Source: an uncultured Aquificales bacterium (lineage in GTDB: Bacteria; Aquificota; Aquificia; Aquificales; Hydrogenothermaceae). From it: DNA of 64,000 nt. Within the stretch, counting starts at the first letter, position 1; each line of letters begins with the position of its first letter. The DNA lies in NCBI GenBank assembly GCA_964516095.1, contig CAZEYS010000001.1, forward strand, positions 13,095 through 77,094. Direction: 5' to 3'. Below are positions 47,695-57,997 of this stretch, in pieces. The translations under genes were made by a program, and so were the position numbers. Below the pieces are notes generated by a model. That model made no database searches, was not told the DNA's origin, and saw nothing but the letters and a program-made list of their open reading frames with translations.

Positions 47695-49443
47695 ATGAAA
47701 TATATAGATGTAGCTAATTTCTACGCCAAGGTAGAGGCAACAACATCTCGTATAAAAATGATAAATTTACTTGCAAATCTATTTAAAATCACACCTAAAA
47801 ATCTTATTGATAAGATTGTATATCTTTCAATAGGAAAGATAGCTCCTGAGTATACAGGATTAGATTACAATTTCAGTGAAAAATCAGCTATAAATTCCCT
47901 GTCAAAAGTTTTAAATATTCCTGCCTCTGAAATAGAAAAAAAAGCAATAGAAGTAGGAGACCTTGGAGAAGCAGCAAAACAGCTGTATGAAGAAAAAAGT
48001 ATATCAAATGAACCAACTTTAGAAGTGGAAGAAGTATACTCAACCTTAAGAAAGATAGCTGAAACGTCTGGTTATGGTTCTACCACGAAGAAGATGGAAC
48101 TTTTTATAAACCTATTGAAAAAGGCAACCCCTTTAGAAGTAAAGTACTTGATAAGAACTATACTTGAGAGATTAAGACTTGGGATTGGTGATAACACAAT
48201 TATGGATGCACTTGCAGTTGCATTTACTGGAAACCAAAAAAATAGAGAAATAATAGAAAGAGCTTACAATCTAACCTCAGACCTGGGCTATGTCGCTAAA
48301 GTACTGGTGGAGGAAGGCTTAGAAGGAGTAAAAAAGATAAAAATACAGATAGGTAGACCTGTAAGACCTATGTTGGCAGAACGTCTGTCTGTACCAGTTT
48401 TAATCTTACAAAAGTTAGGAGGAAAGGCTGGTGCAGAGTACAAATATGATGGAGAAAGAATTCAGGTTCACAGAAAAGGTGATGAGTTTTATCTATTTTC
48501 AAGAAGGCTAGAAAATATTACCCACCAGTTTCCAGATTTAATAGAGTTTTTAAAAGAAGCAACTCCTGAGGAATACATTTTAGAACTTGAAGCAGTAGTA
48601 ATTGACCCTAATTCAGGGGCTATAAGACCTTTTCAAGATCTAATGAATAGACGAGTTAAATATGTAACAAGATTTCATATAATGAAATATCCTGTTGCTG
48701 GTTTTATATTTGATATTATTTACTTAAATGGTAAAGACTTAACATTAAAACCATATCCAGAAAGAAGGAAGATCCTTGAAGAAAACATAAAACTGACTGA
48801 TAGAATTAATCTAGCCACTAGAAAAATAGTTGATAATGTTGATGATTTGGAAAGATTTTTCCTTGAGGCTATAGAAAATGGATGTGAAGGATTAGTATGT
48901 AAATCTCTTAAAAAAGACTCGATTTATCAAGCTGGTAAGAGGGGATATTTATGGATTAAGTACAAAAGAGACTACAAATCCCATCTCGCTGATACCCTTG
49001 ACCTGGTTGTTGTTGGTGCATTTTACGGAAAAGGCCAAAGAGCCCAATATTTTGGTTCCCTTTTAATGGCTTGTTATGATCCTGAAACAGACCAATTTAA
49101 AACTGTATGTAAGGTAGGTTCAGGTTTTACAGAAGACGATTTTAAAAAACTAGATGAAATACTATCAGAACATCAAATAGAACATAAACATCCTCGTGTA
49201 AACTCTATTTTAACAGCTGATATATGGTATGAACCTTTTTTAGTTTTAGAAATAACAGGGGCAGAACTTACGTTAAGCCCTGTTCATACCTGCGCATGGG
49301 ATAAAATCAAAGTAAACAGAGGTTTAGGACTAAGGTTTCCACGATTTACAGGAAGATATAGATTTGATAAAAGACCAGAAGATGCCACAACAGAACAGGA
49401 AATAATTGAAATGTATCTAAATCAAGTTAAAATTAAAGTATAA
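47695..49443 (+). CDS. ATP-dependent DNA ligase, archaeal type (DBD + adenylation + OB)
   Basis: RPMLAE, motif I EYKYDGER, EGLVCK, WIKYK, DLVVVGA, LRFPRF; ATG 47695 preferred. Confidence 0.95.
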   Translation: MKYIDVANFYAKVEATTSRIKMINLLANLFKITPKNLIDKIVYLSIGKIAPEYTGLDYNFSEKSAINSLSKVLNIPASEIEKKAIEVGDLGEAAKQLYEEKSISNEPTLEVEEVYSTLRKIAETSGYGSTTKKMELFINLLKKATPLEVKYLIRTILERLRLGIGDNTIMDALAVAFTGNQKNREIIERAYNLTSDLGYVAKVLVEEGLEGVKKIKIQIGRPVRPMLAERLSVPVLILQKLGGKAGAEYKYDGERIQVHRKGDEFYLFSRRLENITHQFPDLIEFLKEATPEEYILELEAVVIDPNSGAIRPFQDLMNRRVKYVTRFHIMKYPVAGFIFDIIYLNGKDLTLKPYPERRKILEENIKLTDRINLATRKIVDNVDDLERFFLEAIENGCEGLVCKSLKKDSIYQAGKRGYLWIKYKRDYKSHLADTLDLVVVGAFYGKGQRAQYFGSLLMACYDPETDQFKTVCKVGSGFTEDDFKKLDEILSEHQIEHKHPRVNSILTADIWYEPFLVLEITGAELTLSPVHTCAWDKIKVNRGLGLRFPRFTGRYRFDKRPEDATTEQEIIEMYLNQVKIKV

Positions 49444-49474
49444 TAAGAAAAAATTTAAACAGAGGTAGTTAAAA

Positions 49475-49903
49475 ATGGATGATAAAAAACTTAGGACAAA
49501 CCCTTTTATGACAAATATGAAATATCTTCAAGATTTCAAAGAAGAAACAGAATTTGAAAGAATATTAAAACTTCTTACAGTTCCAGCTAAAAGTGGTATA
49601 TATATTTCAAGAATAGATATACAAAAACTCGCAAAATCCATAGGTGTTGATGTTCCAATTAGAGAAAGAAAAGAGATGTTAAAAGATATATTCCATTATG
49701 CAAAACAGATGGATAAGATGGTCGATATGATTGATAATCTAATAAATTATGTAGATTACAGAATAAAGCAGTATCAAGAGGTAGAGGATAACTTCCCTAA
49801 AAGCAGAAAAATTACCCAAAAATGGATAAAATTGGCAGAAAGAACAAGAAAAATCTTGGAAAATATGAAAAAGGAAGCCCAGATGCTGAAAGATATATAC
49901 TAA
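49475..49903 (+). CDS. Hypothetical helical protein downstream of the ligase
   Basis: SD GAGGT; no motif recognised. Confidence 0.7.
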   Translation: MDDKKLRTNPFMTNMKYLQDFKEETEFERILKLLTVPAKSGIYISRIDIQKLAKSIGVDVPIRERKEMLKDIFHYAKQMDKMVDMIDNLINYVDYRIKQYQEVEDNFPKSRKITQKWIKLAERTRKILENMKKEAQMLKDIY

Positions 49904-50961
49904 CTCTCTATTATCCCACCACCTAACAGAATATCATCCTTATAAACAGCCAGTATCTGACCAGGTGCAAATCTGGCTGTAGGTTCTTTTAATTTAAAAA
50001 TAAACTTGTCTCCTTTCCTTTTAAAATCTTCTACATCAATGGGAGTTTGTCTGTATCTTCCTTGTATCTTTAAAGAACCGTTCCATTTTTCTATAGGTAG
50101 ATGAAAGTTAAAATTCGAAACCTTTACCGTGTCTTGCAGGAGAAATTTGTCTTCTCCGACTATTAGAATATTTTTTTCTGGTATTTTGTCTATAACGTAT
50201 AAAGGTTTGTGCCATCTTATCCCAAGACCTTTTCTCTGTCCAATGGTATAATGAACAAGTCCTTTATGCTTTCCTAATTTTTTACCTGTTATATGTATAA
50301 TGTCTCCTTCTTCTATGTCAAAAGCATTAGTTTCTTCTATGTACTCGGCAGGCGTTCTACCTGCTGTGAAACAAATTTCAAAACTCTCCTTTTTTTTGGC
50401 TACTGGAAGCCCATATTTTTCTGCTATTTTACGAACTTCATCTTTTGTTAAATCTTGTAGAGGAAATATAAGCCCATTTATTACGTCTCTTTCTACCAAT
50501 GCCATGAAATATGATTGGTCTTTTTTTGTATCTGTGGCTTTTTTTAAAAGTTTATAGCCATCAATATCTACAGTTTTTATATAATGTCCTGTAGCCATAT
50601 AATCAGCATTAAAAATGGCTTTTGCGTATTTGTATAATTTTCCTGTTTTTACTTCTCTATTACAGATACTACATGGATTAGGCGTTTTCCCAGTTTTAAG
50701 TTCATTTATAAAATAATCTATAACTTTTCCTTTGAACTCTTTTTCCCAGTCTAAAGTGTAATGCTCTATACCTAAAAAATTAGCTACCTTTTTAGCATCT
50801 TTTATATCTTGTGGTGAACAGCAAACCTGAATATTCTCAGAACAAGATTGTGGAGAAGATAGTTTTAACGTTACTCCTATTACGTCATATCCTTTTTCTT
50901 TGAGGAGCAGAGCAGCCACAGAACTGTCTACTCCTCCACTCATCCCAACTACAATCCTCAT
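49900..50961 (-). CDS. mnmA: tRNA-specific 2-thiouridylase
   Basis: GMSGGVDSS, TPNPCSICN, ATGHY, KDQSYF, ESFEICF, GQRKGLG, PGQ. Confidence 0.96.
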   Translation of the reverse strand: MRIVVGMSGGVDSSVAALLLKEKGYDVIGVTLKLSSPQSCSENIQVCCSPQDIKDAKKVANFLGIEHYTLDWEKEFKGKVIDYFINELKTGKTPNPCSICNREVKTGKLYKYAKAIFNADYMATGHYIKTVDIDGYKLLKKATDTKKDQSYFMALVERDVINGLIFPLQDLTKDEVRKIAEKYGLPVAKKKESFEICFTAGRTPAEYIEETNAFDIEEGDIIHITGKKLGKHKGLVHYTIGQRKGLGIRWHKPLYVIDKIPEKNILIVGEDKFLLQDTVKVSNFNFHLPIEKWNGSLKIQGRYRQTPIDVEDFKRKGDKFIFKLKEPTARFAPGQILAVYKDDILLGGGIIES

Positions 50962-52185
50962 TTATTTAGCAATCAGATCTCCCATTTTGAATATTGGTAG
51001 ATAAAGAGCTATAATTATGAAACCAACTATTCCACCTATAAATACCATCAGTAATGGTTCAATTGTAGATAGTAAACCATCAACTGCTCTATCAACTTCA
51101 TCTTCAAAGAACTCTGCAATTGTATCCAACATATCATCTATTCTACCTGTCTCTTCACCTACCTTAAGCATAGAAATGAAGATAGGAGGAAATAACTTTT
51201 TATCAAGGGAAGACCATAAAGGCCTACCCTGTTCAACAGCATCCCTTGTTTTTAATATGGCTTCTTCAATGATAACATTACCAGTTGTTTTAGAAGCTAT
51301 TTCTAAAGCCCTAATTATAGGTACCCCTCCAGAAATCAGGGTAGCAAATGTTCTTGAAAATTTAGCTATCGCTCCTTTGAGAAATATATTTCCTAAAAGA
51401 GGTATTTTTAACATTATACGATGGTATATTTTCTTTCCAATTTTAGTTTTATAAAAGTAAGAGTTTAGTCCCACAAAAGCAAATGTAAAAATCACTATAT
51501 ATAATATGTTTTCCTTAAGGCTGTTACTCATATTAATTAAAAGCTGAGTTAAAACTGGAAGATGAGCACCCATTCCTTCGTATAATTTGGCGAATGTGGG
51601 AACTATAAATGTGAGTATTCCTATAACTATTAAAGTTGCAATAACAAGTACTGCTGTTGGATACCAGGAAGCACTGATGATTTTTCTTTTAATGGCTGCA
51701 ATCTTTTCATAGTATTTGGATGCTCGTTGAAGTATTATATCCAGATTACCTGATTCTTCAGCAGCTTCAATTAGATTTACTAAAAATTCAGGAAATACTT
51801 TTGGATGTTTGGCCATAGCTTTAGCCAAAGACATCCCACTTAACACATCATCTCTTACTGCATACAAAGCCTTAGCAAGGGTTGGATTTGGAGTTTGCTC
51901 TGCTATGATTTCGAGGGCTTCTGCAATGCCCACACCTGCTGCTATCATTACACCAAGTTGTCGTGTAAATAAAGCAAGGTCCTTTTCCTTTACTTTTCCT
52001 CCAAAAAGAGAAAAGCTATTCTTTTTCTTTTTCTCCTCTTCTTTAAAGTCTAAAAGTTTTACAACAATTTCTTTTAGGCCTTGTGCTTTTAGTTTATCTT
52101 CAGCTTCAGCCGGTGACTGAGCATCTATTAAACCAATTTTTAAAACCCCATAACTATCTCTTGCTTTGTAGTGGAATTTTGGCAT
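50962..52185 (-). CDS. pilC: Type IV pilus platform protein
   Basis: FTRQLGVMI, AEESGNLD, YP, GEETGRID, EP; three TM helices. Confidence 0.93.
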   Translation of the reverse strand: MPKFHYKARDSYGVLKIGLIDAQSPAEAEDKLKAQGLKEIVVKLLDFKEEEKKKKNSFSLFGGKVKEKDLALFTRQLGVMIAAGVGIAEALEIIAEQTPNPTLAKALYAVRDDVLSGMSLAKAMAKHPKVFPEFLVNLIEAAEESGNLDIILQRASKYYEKIAAIKRKIISASWYPTAVLVIATLIVIGILTFIVPTFAKLYEGMGAHLPVLTQLLINMSNSLKENILYIVIFTFAFVGLNSYFYKTKIGKKIYHRIMLKIPLLGNIFLKGAIAKFSRTFATLISGGVPIIRALEIASKTTGNVIIEEAILKTRDAVEQGRPLWSSLDKKLFPPIFISMLKVGEETGRIDDMLDTIAEFFEDEVDRAVDGLLSTIEPLLMVFIGGIVGFIIIALYLPIFKMGDLIAK

Positions 52186-52186
52186 T

Positions 52187-53269
52187 TTATATACCTCTCA
52201 TACCTAACATCCGTCTTAATTCTTGAGGGTCGGGAGATATTTTTAAAGCATCTTCTAAAGTTATTAATCCTTCTTTTAAAGCTTTCAAAATAGACTGATT
52301 CATGGTCTGCATACCAGATTCAGCCTGTCCTGCTTGCATTAAACCATAAATTTGGTGGATTTTGTTTTCTCTTATTAAATTTCTTATTGCTGTATTTGGT
52401 ATGAGAACTTCATGGATTAGAACTCTACCTCCACCAACTTTAGGTACTAATCTCTGTGATATTACACCCTGCAAAACAAAACTGAGCTCAGTTCTTATCT
52501 GGTCTTGTTCATGCTCAGGGAAAACGTTAACTATACGATTTATAGTTTGAATTGCCGTATTTGTATGTAAAGTTCCAAATACCAGGTGTCCTGTTTCAGC
52601 TGCAGTTAATGCTGCTCTTATTGTTTCAAGGTCTCTCATTTCCCCTACTAAAATTACATCTGGGTCTTCTCTTAATGCATATTTTAGAGCTATTGAGAAC
52701 CCATTTGTATCGTTACCAACTTCTCTTTGTGATACAACAGACTTTTTATGTGGGAATAGATATTCAATTGGATCTTCTATAGTTATGATATGATATTCAA
52801 AATTTGAATCTATATAATCTATCATAGATGCTAAAGTAGTAGTTTTACCAGAACCTGTAGGCCCTGTTACAAGAACCAGTCCCATACTTTTATGACATAA
52901 TTCTTTAACTGAAGGAATAAGGCCCAGCTCTTCCATAGGTTTTATTTCATAGGGTAATCTTCTCAATGCAGCTGCGACTGTTCCTCTCTGTCTGTAGACG
53001 TTAACTCTAAATCTACCTATATTTCTCATACCTATTGAGAAATCCACTTCATGTTGTTCCTCATATACCCTTCTTTGCTTTTCACTCATTATAGAGTAGA
53101 TTAGGGATTGGGTATCTTTTGGAAGTAAAACTGGGTACTGGGTAAGGTAAACTATTTTTCCATCTATCCTTAAGGCTGGTGGCGCCCCAGCAACTATATG
53201 AATATCTGAAGCATTTGTTTTTACAGCCTCTTGGGCAATCACATCTAAAGTTAAATCTTTATTCTCCAT
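52187..53269 (-). CDS. pilT: Type IV pilus retraction ATPase
   Basis: ASDIH, GPTGSGKTTT, EDPIE, LREDPDVILVGEMRD, HLVFGTLH, AIRNLIRE. Confidence 0.96.
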   Translation of the reverse strand: MENKDLTLDVIAQEAVKTNASDIHIVAGAPPALRIDGKIVYLTQYPVLLPKDTQSLIYSIMSEKQRRVYEEQHEVDFSIGMRNIGRFRVNVYRQRGTVAAALRRLPYEIKPMEELGLIPSVKELCHKSMGLVLVTGPTGSGKTTTLASMIDYIDSNFEYHIITIEDPIEYLFPHKKSVVSQREVGNDTNGFSIALKYALREDPDVILVGEMRDLETIRAALTAAETGHLVFGTLHTNTAIQTINRIVNVFPEHEQDQIRTELSFVLQGVISQRLVPKVGGGRVLIHEVLIPNTAIRNLIRENKIHQIYGLMQAGQAESGMQTMNQSILKALKEGLITLEDALKISPDPQELRRMLGMRGI

Positions 53270-53285
53270 AAATACTTACCCCTGT

Positions 53286-55010
53286 TTATTTCATTAATAC
53301 TCTTTCTACTTCTGCAATATCAGTAATACCTTTTTTTACCTTTATTAATCCATCCTTATACAGAGTTTTCATTCCTTTTTTTAAAGCTATATTTTTTATC
53401 TCATCTGCTGCTTTTCCTTCAATTAGGGCTTTTCTTATATCTTCGTCTAATTTTAAAATTTCATGAACAGCAGTTCTGCCTTTATAGCCGGTTCCATTAC
53501 AGTACTCACATCCATCTTTCTTATGTATAAAAAATTGACCTTCTTTTATGTCTTCATCTGAAAAACCGAACCCTTTCCAGTATTCTGGTGGAAAAGGTGC
53601 TGGTTGTTTGCATTTAGGGCAAAGTTTACGAACTAATCTTTGGGCAACAATAAGATTTACTGCTGTTGCAACTAAAAATGGATCAACTCCAATATCCACC
53701 AGTCTTGTGATAGATGAAGGAGCATCATTTGTATGGAGTGTTGAAAATACTAAATGCCCTGTTAAAGCAGCTTTCACAGCAATCTCAGCAGTTTCCTGGT
53801 CTCTAATCTCTCCAACTAGTATAATATCTGGATCTTGTCTTAAAAATGCTCTTAACGCTTCGGCAAAAGTTAAACCTATTTTTTCTTTTATTTGAACTTG
53901 ATTTATTCCTTTAATTGAAACTTCTACAGGGTCTTCAGCAGTCGATATATTAACATCTTCCGTGTTCCTTTCCATCAACGCAGTATAAAGAGTTGTTGTT
54001 TTACCTGACCCTGTAGGTCCTGTTACAAGTATCATTCCCCATGGACTATATATGGCTTCTCTAAAGACTTTTAAGTCGTCTTCTTCAAATCCAAGATCTT
54101 CAAGTTTTAAATTTAAGAAGCTTTCAGCATCCTGAATTCTCATTACGACTTTTTCACCATATACAGTTGGTATAGTTGAGACCCTTAAATCTATAGGTTT
54201 GTTATCTATTTTTATTCTTATTCTCCCATCTTGAGGTAATCTTTTTTCTGATATATCAAGATTTGCCATGATTTTGTATCTGGCTACAAGTGCATCTTTT
54301 ATAGAAACAGGTAGTTTTTGAACAGTCCTTAAAATACCGTCTATACGATATCTAACTCTTACTTCTTTTTCAAACGGTTCAATATGAATATCAGAAGCTC
54401 CCATTCTAACAGCATTAACAATAAATGCCCGAGATGCTTTCACAATAGGAGCTTCTTCTGCTTCTTGTAAAATTTCATCTTCTTTTTCAATTTCCTCATC
54501 TTTAACTATTTCTTCTTCTACATTAGAGGTTATCTCTATGTCTTCAAAAATAGCTTCCGCTGAAAAAGCTGGGGTTATTTCATTTATTAGTTTCTCTATT
54601 TCTTCATAGGAACCTACAAAAAAGTTCATTTTTTTTGCGCCAACAAATTTTAAGTACTGGAAAATCTCTTTATCTGTAGGATTAAAAAGTACAACATTAA
54701 GATTATTAAGATCTGCATTAACAGGGACAAACATTTTCTTTTTTAAGTAGCTTAGAGAGAATAATTTTGCAATATCTTTGGCAGGTATAGAATCAATACT
54801 ATCTAGAGAAAAAGGCTTTAAGTTAAAGTTTTTTATGAAAAATTCCTTTATTTTCTGTGGATTTGCCTTTTTTCGTTTTATTAGGTTAACAAGTAGAGTA
54901 GTAAGGTCTTTTTCATTAACTTCTGGATTGCCTCGAACGGCATGAACGTCAACAGCTCCATAATCTACTAAGAGCCTTAAAAGTGGATTTTTTCTCTTGT
55001 TTTTTACCAT
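53286..55010 (-). CDS. pilB: Type IV pilus assembly ATPase
   Basis: ASDIHIEP, RLPQDGR, GPTGSGKTTT, Zn motifs CPKC/CEYC; start reassigned to ATG 55010. Confidence 0.93.
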   Translation of the reverse strand: MVKNKRKNPLLRLLVDYGAVDVHAVRGNPEVNEKDLTTLLVNLIKRKKANPQKIKEFFIKNFNLKPFSLDSIDSIPAKDIAKLFSLSYLKKKMFVPVNADLNNLNVVLFNPTDKEIFQYLKFVGAKKMNFFVGSYEEIEKLINEITPAFSAEAIFEDIEITSNVEEEIVKDEEIEKEDEILQEAEEAPIVKASRAFIVNAVRMGASDIHIEPFEKEVRVRYRIDGILRTVQKLPVSIKDALVARYKIMANLDISEKRLPQDGRIRIKIDNKPIDLRVSTIPTVYGEKVVMRIQDAESFLNLKLEDLGFEEDDLKVFREAIYSPWGMILVTGPTGSGKTTTLYTALMERNTEDVNISTAEDPVEVSIKGINQVQIKEKIGLTFAEALRAFLRQDPDIILVGEIRDQETAEIAVKAALTGHLVFSTLHTNDAPSSITRLVDIGVDPFLVATAVNLIVAQRLVRKLCPKCKQPAPFPPEYWKGFGFSDEDIKEGQFFIHKKDGCEYCNGTGYKGRTAVHEILKLDEDIRKALIEGKAADEIKNIALKKGMKTLYKDGLIKVKKGITDIAEVERVLMK

Positions 55011-55086
55011 AGCTAAATCGTTTTTAGTTTTTATTATATAATTTATTTTTGTAAATTCAAGTAATTCTTTAGAAAAGGAAAGTAAA

Positions 55087-56442
55087 TTGCTAAGAAATAT
55101 AAAAAGGATACTTGTTGCAAATAGAGGAGAAATAGCTGTAAGGGCAATAAGAAGCATTCGAGAATTAGAAGGAGAATCTGTTGCCATATACTCTACAGCT
55201 GATAAAAACTCTATCCATAAAGATATAGCTGATATATCTATCTGTATTGGAGAAGCTCCTGTTAACAAAAGTTATATAAACATTCCAGCTATACTTTCAG
55301 CAATAGAGATTTCAGGGAGTGATGCAGTTTATCCTGGTTATGGTTTTTTAGCTGAAAATCCTAATTTCGCTGAAATCTGTGAAAAAAGTAATATTAAATT
55401 TATTGGTCCTTCTTCAGATACATTAAGGTTAGTAGGAGATAAAGCAAAAGCCCGTCAGGCAGCACAAAGGGCAAATGTTCCGGTTATACCTGGAAGTCCT
55501 CCTGTAGATACTATAGAAGATGCATTGACATATGCTAAAAAAATAGGATATCCAGTATTAATTAAAGCTGCTTCTGGTGGTGGTGGAAGAGGAATGAGGA
55601 TAGCTCATAACGAACAAGAACTTACCAGACTGCTGCCAGTAGCCCAAAGGGAAGCCCAAGCCAATTTTGGAGATTCTACTGTCTATATAGAAAAATTAAT
55701 ACTATCCCCTAAACATATTGAAATCCAGATACTTGCTGATGAATACGGAAATGTTGTCTATTTAGGGGAAAGGGAATGTTCAATCCAGAGAAGACACCAA
55801 AAATTATTGGAAGAATCACCTTCGGTGTTCATAAATGATGAAGTTAGAAAAGAAATGGGTGAAGCTGCTGTCAGATTTGCTAAGGAAGTAAATTTTGTTG
55901 GTGCAGGTACAGTAGAATTTATAGTAGACAAAAATATGAACTTTTATTTCATCGAAATGAATGGTAGAATTCAAGTTGAACATCCAGTAACAGAGGTTTC
56001 AACAGGTATTGATATAGTCGCATGGCAGTTAAGAATAGCTGATGGACAAAAATTAGATATAAAACAAGAAGATATAAAACAACTTTACCATGCAATAGAA
56101 TTTAGAATAAATGCAGAAGACCCTGAAGATTTTACACCAAATGTTGGAGAAATTGAAAAACTTTACTTTCCAGGAGGTTATGGAGTTAGAGTAGACACTC
56201 ATATATATAGTGGATATAAAATCCCACCATATTACGACTCTTTAATAGGTAAAATTATAGTTTATGGAAAAACACGAGAAGAAGCAATAACACGAGGAAA
56301 GAGAGCATTACAGGAATTTATTATAGAAGGTGTAAAAACCACTAAAGATTTTCACTTGAAAATTTTAGAAGATGAATCATTTTTAGATGGAAGTTATACA
56401 ACTACACTGGTAGATGAAAAATATATAAAAGGGAACAAATGA
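55087..56442 (+). CDS. accC: Biotin carboxylase
   Basis: ANRGEIA, SYINIPAILS, PGYGFLAEN, GGGGRGM, RECSIQRRHQK, QVEHPVTE, YYDSLIGK; Aquificae paralogues (PycA/CfiB) not fully excluded. Confidence 0.88.
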   Translation: MLRNIKRILVANRGEIAVRAIRSIRELEGESVAIYSTADKNSIHKDIADISICIGEAPVNKSYINIPAILSAIEISGSDAVYPGYGFLAENPNFAEICEKSNIKFIGPSSDTLRLVGDKAKARQAAQRANVPVIPGSPPVDTIEDALTYAKKIGYPVLIKAASGGGGRGMRIAHNEQELTRLLPVAQREAQANFGDSTVYIEKLILSPKHIEIQILADEYGNVVYLGERECSIQRRHQKLLEESPSVFINDEVRKEMGEAAVRFAKEVNFVGAGTVEFIVDKNMNFYFIEMNGRIQVEHPVTEVSTGIDIVAWQLRIADGQKLDIKQEDIKQLYHAIEFRINAEDPEDFTPNVGEIEKLYFPGGYGVRVDTHIYSGYKIPPYYDSLIGKIIVYGKTREEAITRGKRALQEFIIEGVKTTKDFHLKILEDESFLDGSYTTTLVDEKYIKGNK

Positions 56443-57077
56443 TAAAAGTATTAGCAGTTGGACCGATACAAGAAAATACGATAATAATAACTGATGAAGA
56501 TTCTAAAGAAGCTCTATTAGTAGACCCTGGAGCAGAAGGTGAAAAGATAGAAAAGCATATAGAAGGCTATAATCTGAAAGCTATTATAAACACACACGGA
56601 CATATTGACCATGTAGGTCAGGTAGGGTACTTTAGAGAAAAGTACGATGTTCCTTTTTACTTGAATAGAAAGGACATATTTTTAACAAATAATGAACTGT
56701 GGCCGTCATTTGGTAAATATATAGGAGCTTATCCATGCCCATCTCCTGATTTTGATTTAAAAGAAGGAGATACTATAAAACTGGGAAACTTAAATTTTAA
56801 TGTTATAGAAACACCTGGCCACACACCAGGAGGAGTATGTTTTTTCGAGCCTAATTTAAAGCTCTTAATTGCTGGAGATACTCTATTCAGAGAAAGTGTT
56901 GGGAGAACAGATTTACCAGGTGGAGATGCCAACCAGCTTATGGAAAGTTTAAAAAAACTAATGCAGCTTCCAGAGGAAACTGAAGTCATATGTGGACATG
57001 GCCCAAATACAACCATTGGACATGAAAAAGAAAACAATCCATACATAACAGGGAAACATAGAATACAATTATGGTAA
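56439..57077 (+). CDS. MBL-fold metallo-hydrolase (YcbL/glyoxalase II-like)
   Basis: THGHIDH, TPGHTPG, GDTLF, CGHG. Confidence 0.9.
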   Translation: MIKVLAVGPIQENTIIITDEDSKEALLVDPGAEGEKIEKHIEGYNLKAIINTHGHIDHVGQVGYFREKYDVPFYLNRKDIFLTNNELWPSFGKYIGAYPCPSPDFDLKEGDTIKLGNLNFNVIETPGHTPGGVCFFEPNLKLLIAGDTLFRESVGRTDLPGGDANQLMESLKKLMQLPEETEVICGHGPNTTIGHEKENNPYITGKHRIQLW

Positions 57078-57931
57078 GAATAGGAACACACGTATCATCT
57101 GCTGGAAGTTTAGATTTAGTATTTGATAGAGCATTAGAAGTAAAAGCAGATACTATCCAATTCTTTCTAAGGTCTCCACGTAGCTGGACATGGAAAAACA
57201 GAGAAGACAAAGAAAAAGAAATGTTTTTACAAAAAAAGAACATTTCAAATGTATATCCAGTAGTTGTTCATGCTTCCTATTTATTTAATCTGGCATCAAA
57301 TGATGAAGGTCTCAGAGAAAAATCTATAAATGGTGTATTGCAGGAATTACGTCTTTGCGAGGAATTAGAAATCAATTACTATGTAATACATGCAGGAAAA
57401 GCAAAAGGGCAAAAGGAAGAACAAGCTATAAATAATATTCTAAAAGCCATGGATGAAATCTTTAACAAAGTGCAGTTAAAAAATACTTATTTCTTAGTAG
57501 AAACCCTTGCTGGTCAAAAAGGAGAAATAGGAAAAACCACTGAAGAAATAAAAAAACTCATTGAACCTTTTAAATCTGAAAAAATCGGTGTATGTATAGA
57601 TACCTGCCATTTATACTCTGCCGGTTATAAAATAAATGAGAGGGAAGGTTTTAATAACTATAAAGAGCAGTTAGAAAATCTCATTGGAATAGAAAAAGTG
57701 AAAGTAATTCATTGTAACGACTCTAAGACAGAGTTCAATTCAAAAAAAGATAGGCATGAACATATAGGAGAAGGAAGTATTGGACTTAAAGGATTTGAAC
57801 TTTTCTTGAACGATGTATATTTTTCTAAATTGCCTTTTATATTGGAAACCCCAAAAAAAGATAACTGGGATATTATAAATATGAGAAGATTAAGAAGTCT
57901 TATTAAAGCGCCCGTAGCTCAGTCTGGATAG
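57071..57931 (+). CDS. nfo: Endonuclease IV; last 8 codons including the stop lie within tRNA-Arg
   Basis: HASYLFNL, ETLAGQ, CIDTCH, HCNDS, DRHEHIGEG, ILETP. Confidence 0.95.
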   Translation: MVRIGTHVSSAGSLDLVFDRALEVKADTIQFFLRSPRSWTWKNREDKEKEMFLQKKNISNVYPVVVHASYLFNLASNDEGLREKSINGVLQELRLCEELEINYYVIHAGKAKGQKEEQAINNILKAMDEIFNKVQLKNTYFLVETLAGQKGEIGKTTEEIKKLIEPFKSEKIGVCIDTCHLYSAGYKINEREGFNNYKEQLENLIGIEKVKVIHCNDSKTEFNSKKDRHEHIGEGSIGLKGFELFLNDVYFSKLPFILETPKKDNWDIINMRRLRSLIKAPVAQSG

Positions 57932-57982
57932 AGCATCGGTTTCCGGGGCCGAGGGTCGCAGGTTCAAATCCTGCCGGGCGCA
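57908..57982 (+). tRNA. tRNA-Arg(CCG), CCA not encoded
   Basis: Cloverleaf GCGCCCG...TCGGT-TTCCGGG-GCCGA...GGTTCAAATCC...CGGGCGC-A. Confidence 0.95.
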
Positions 57983-57997
57983 TAAAAAAGGAGAAGG

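Noticed and set aside
55011-55268. 86-aa N-terminal extension of PilB in the ORF track
   Set aside because: Overlaps the divergent accC gene antisense; ATG 55010 gives a normal PilB
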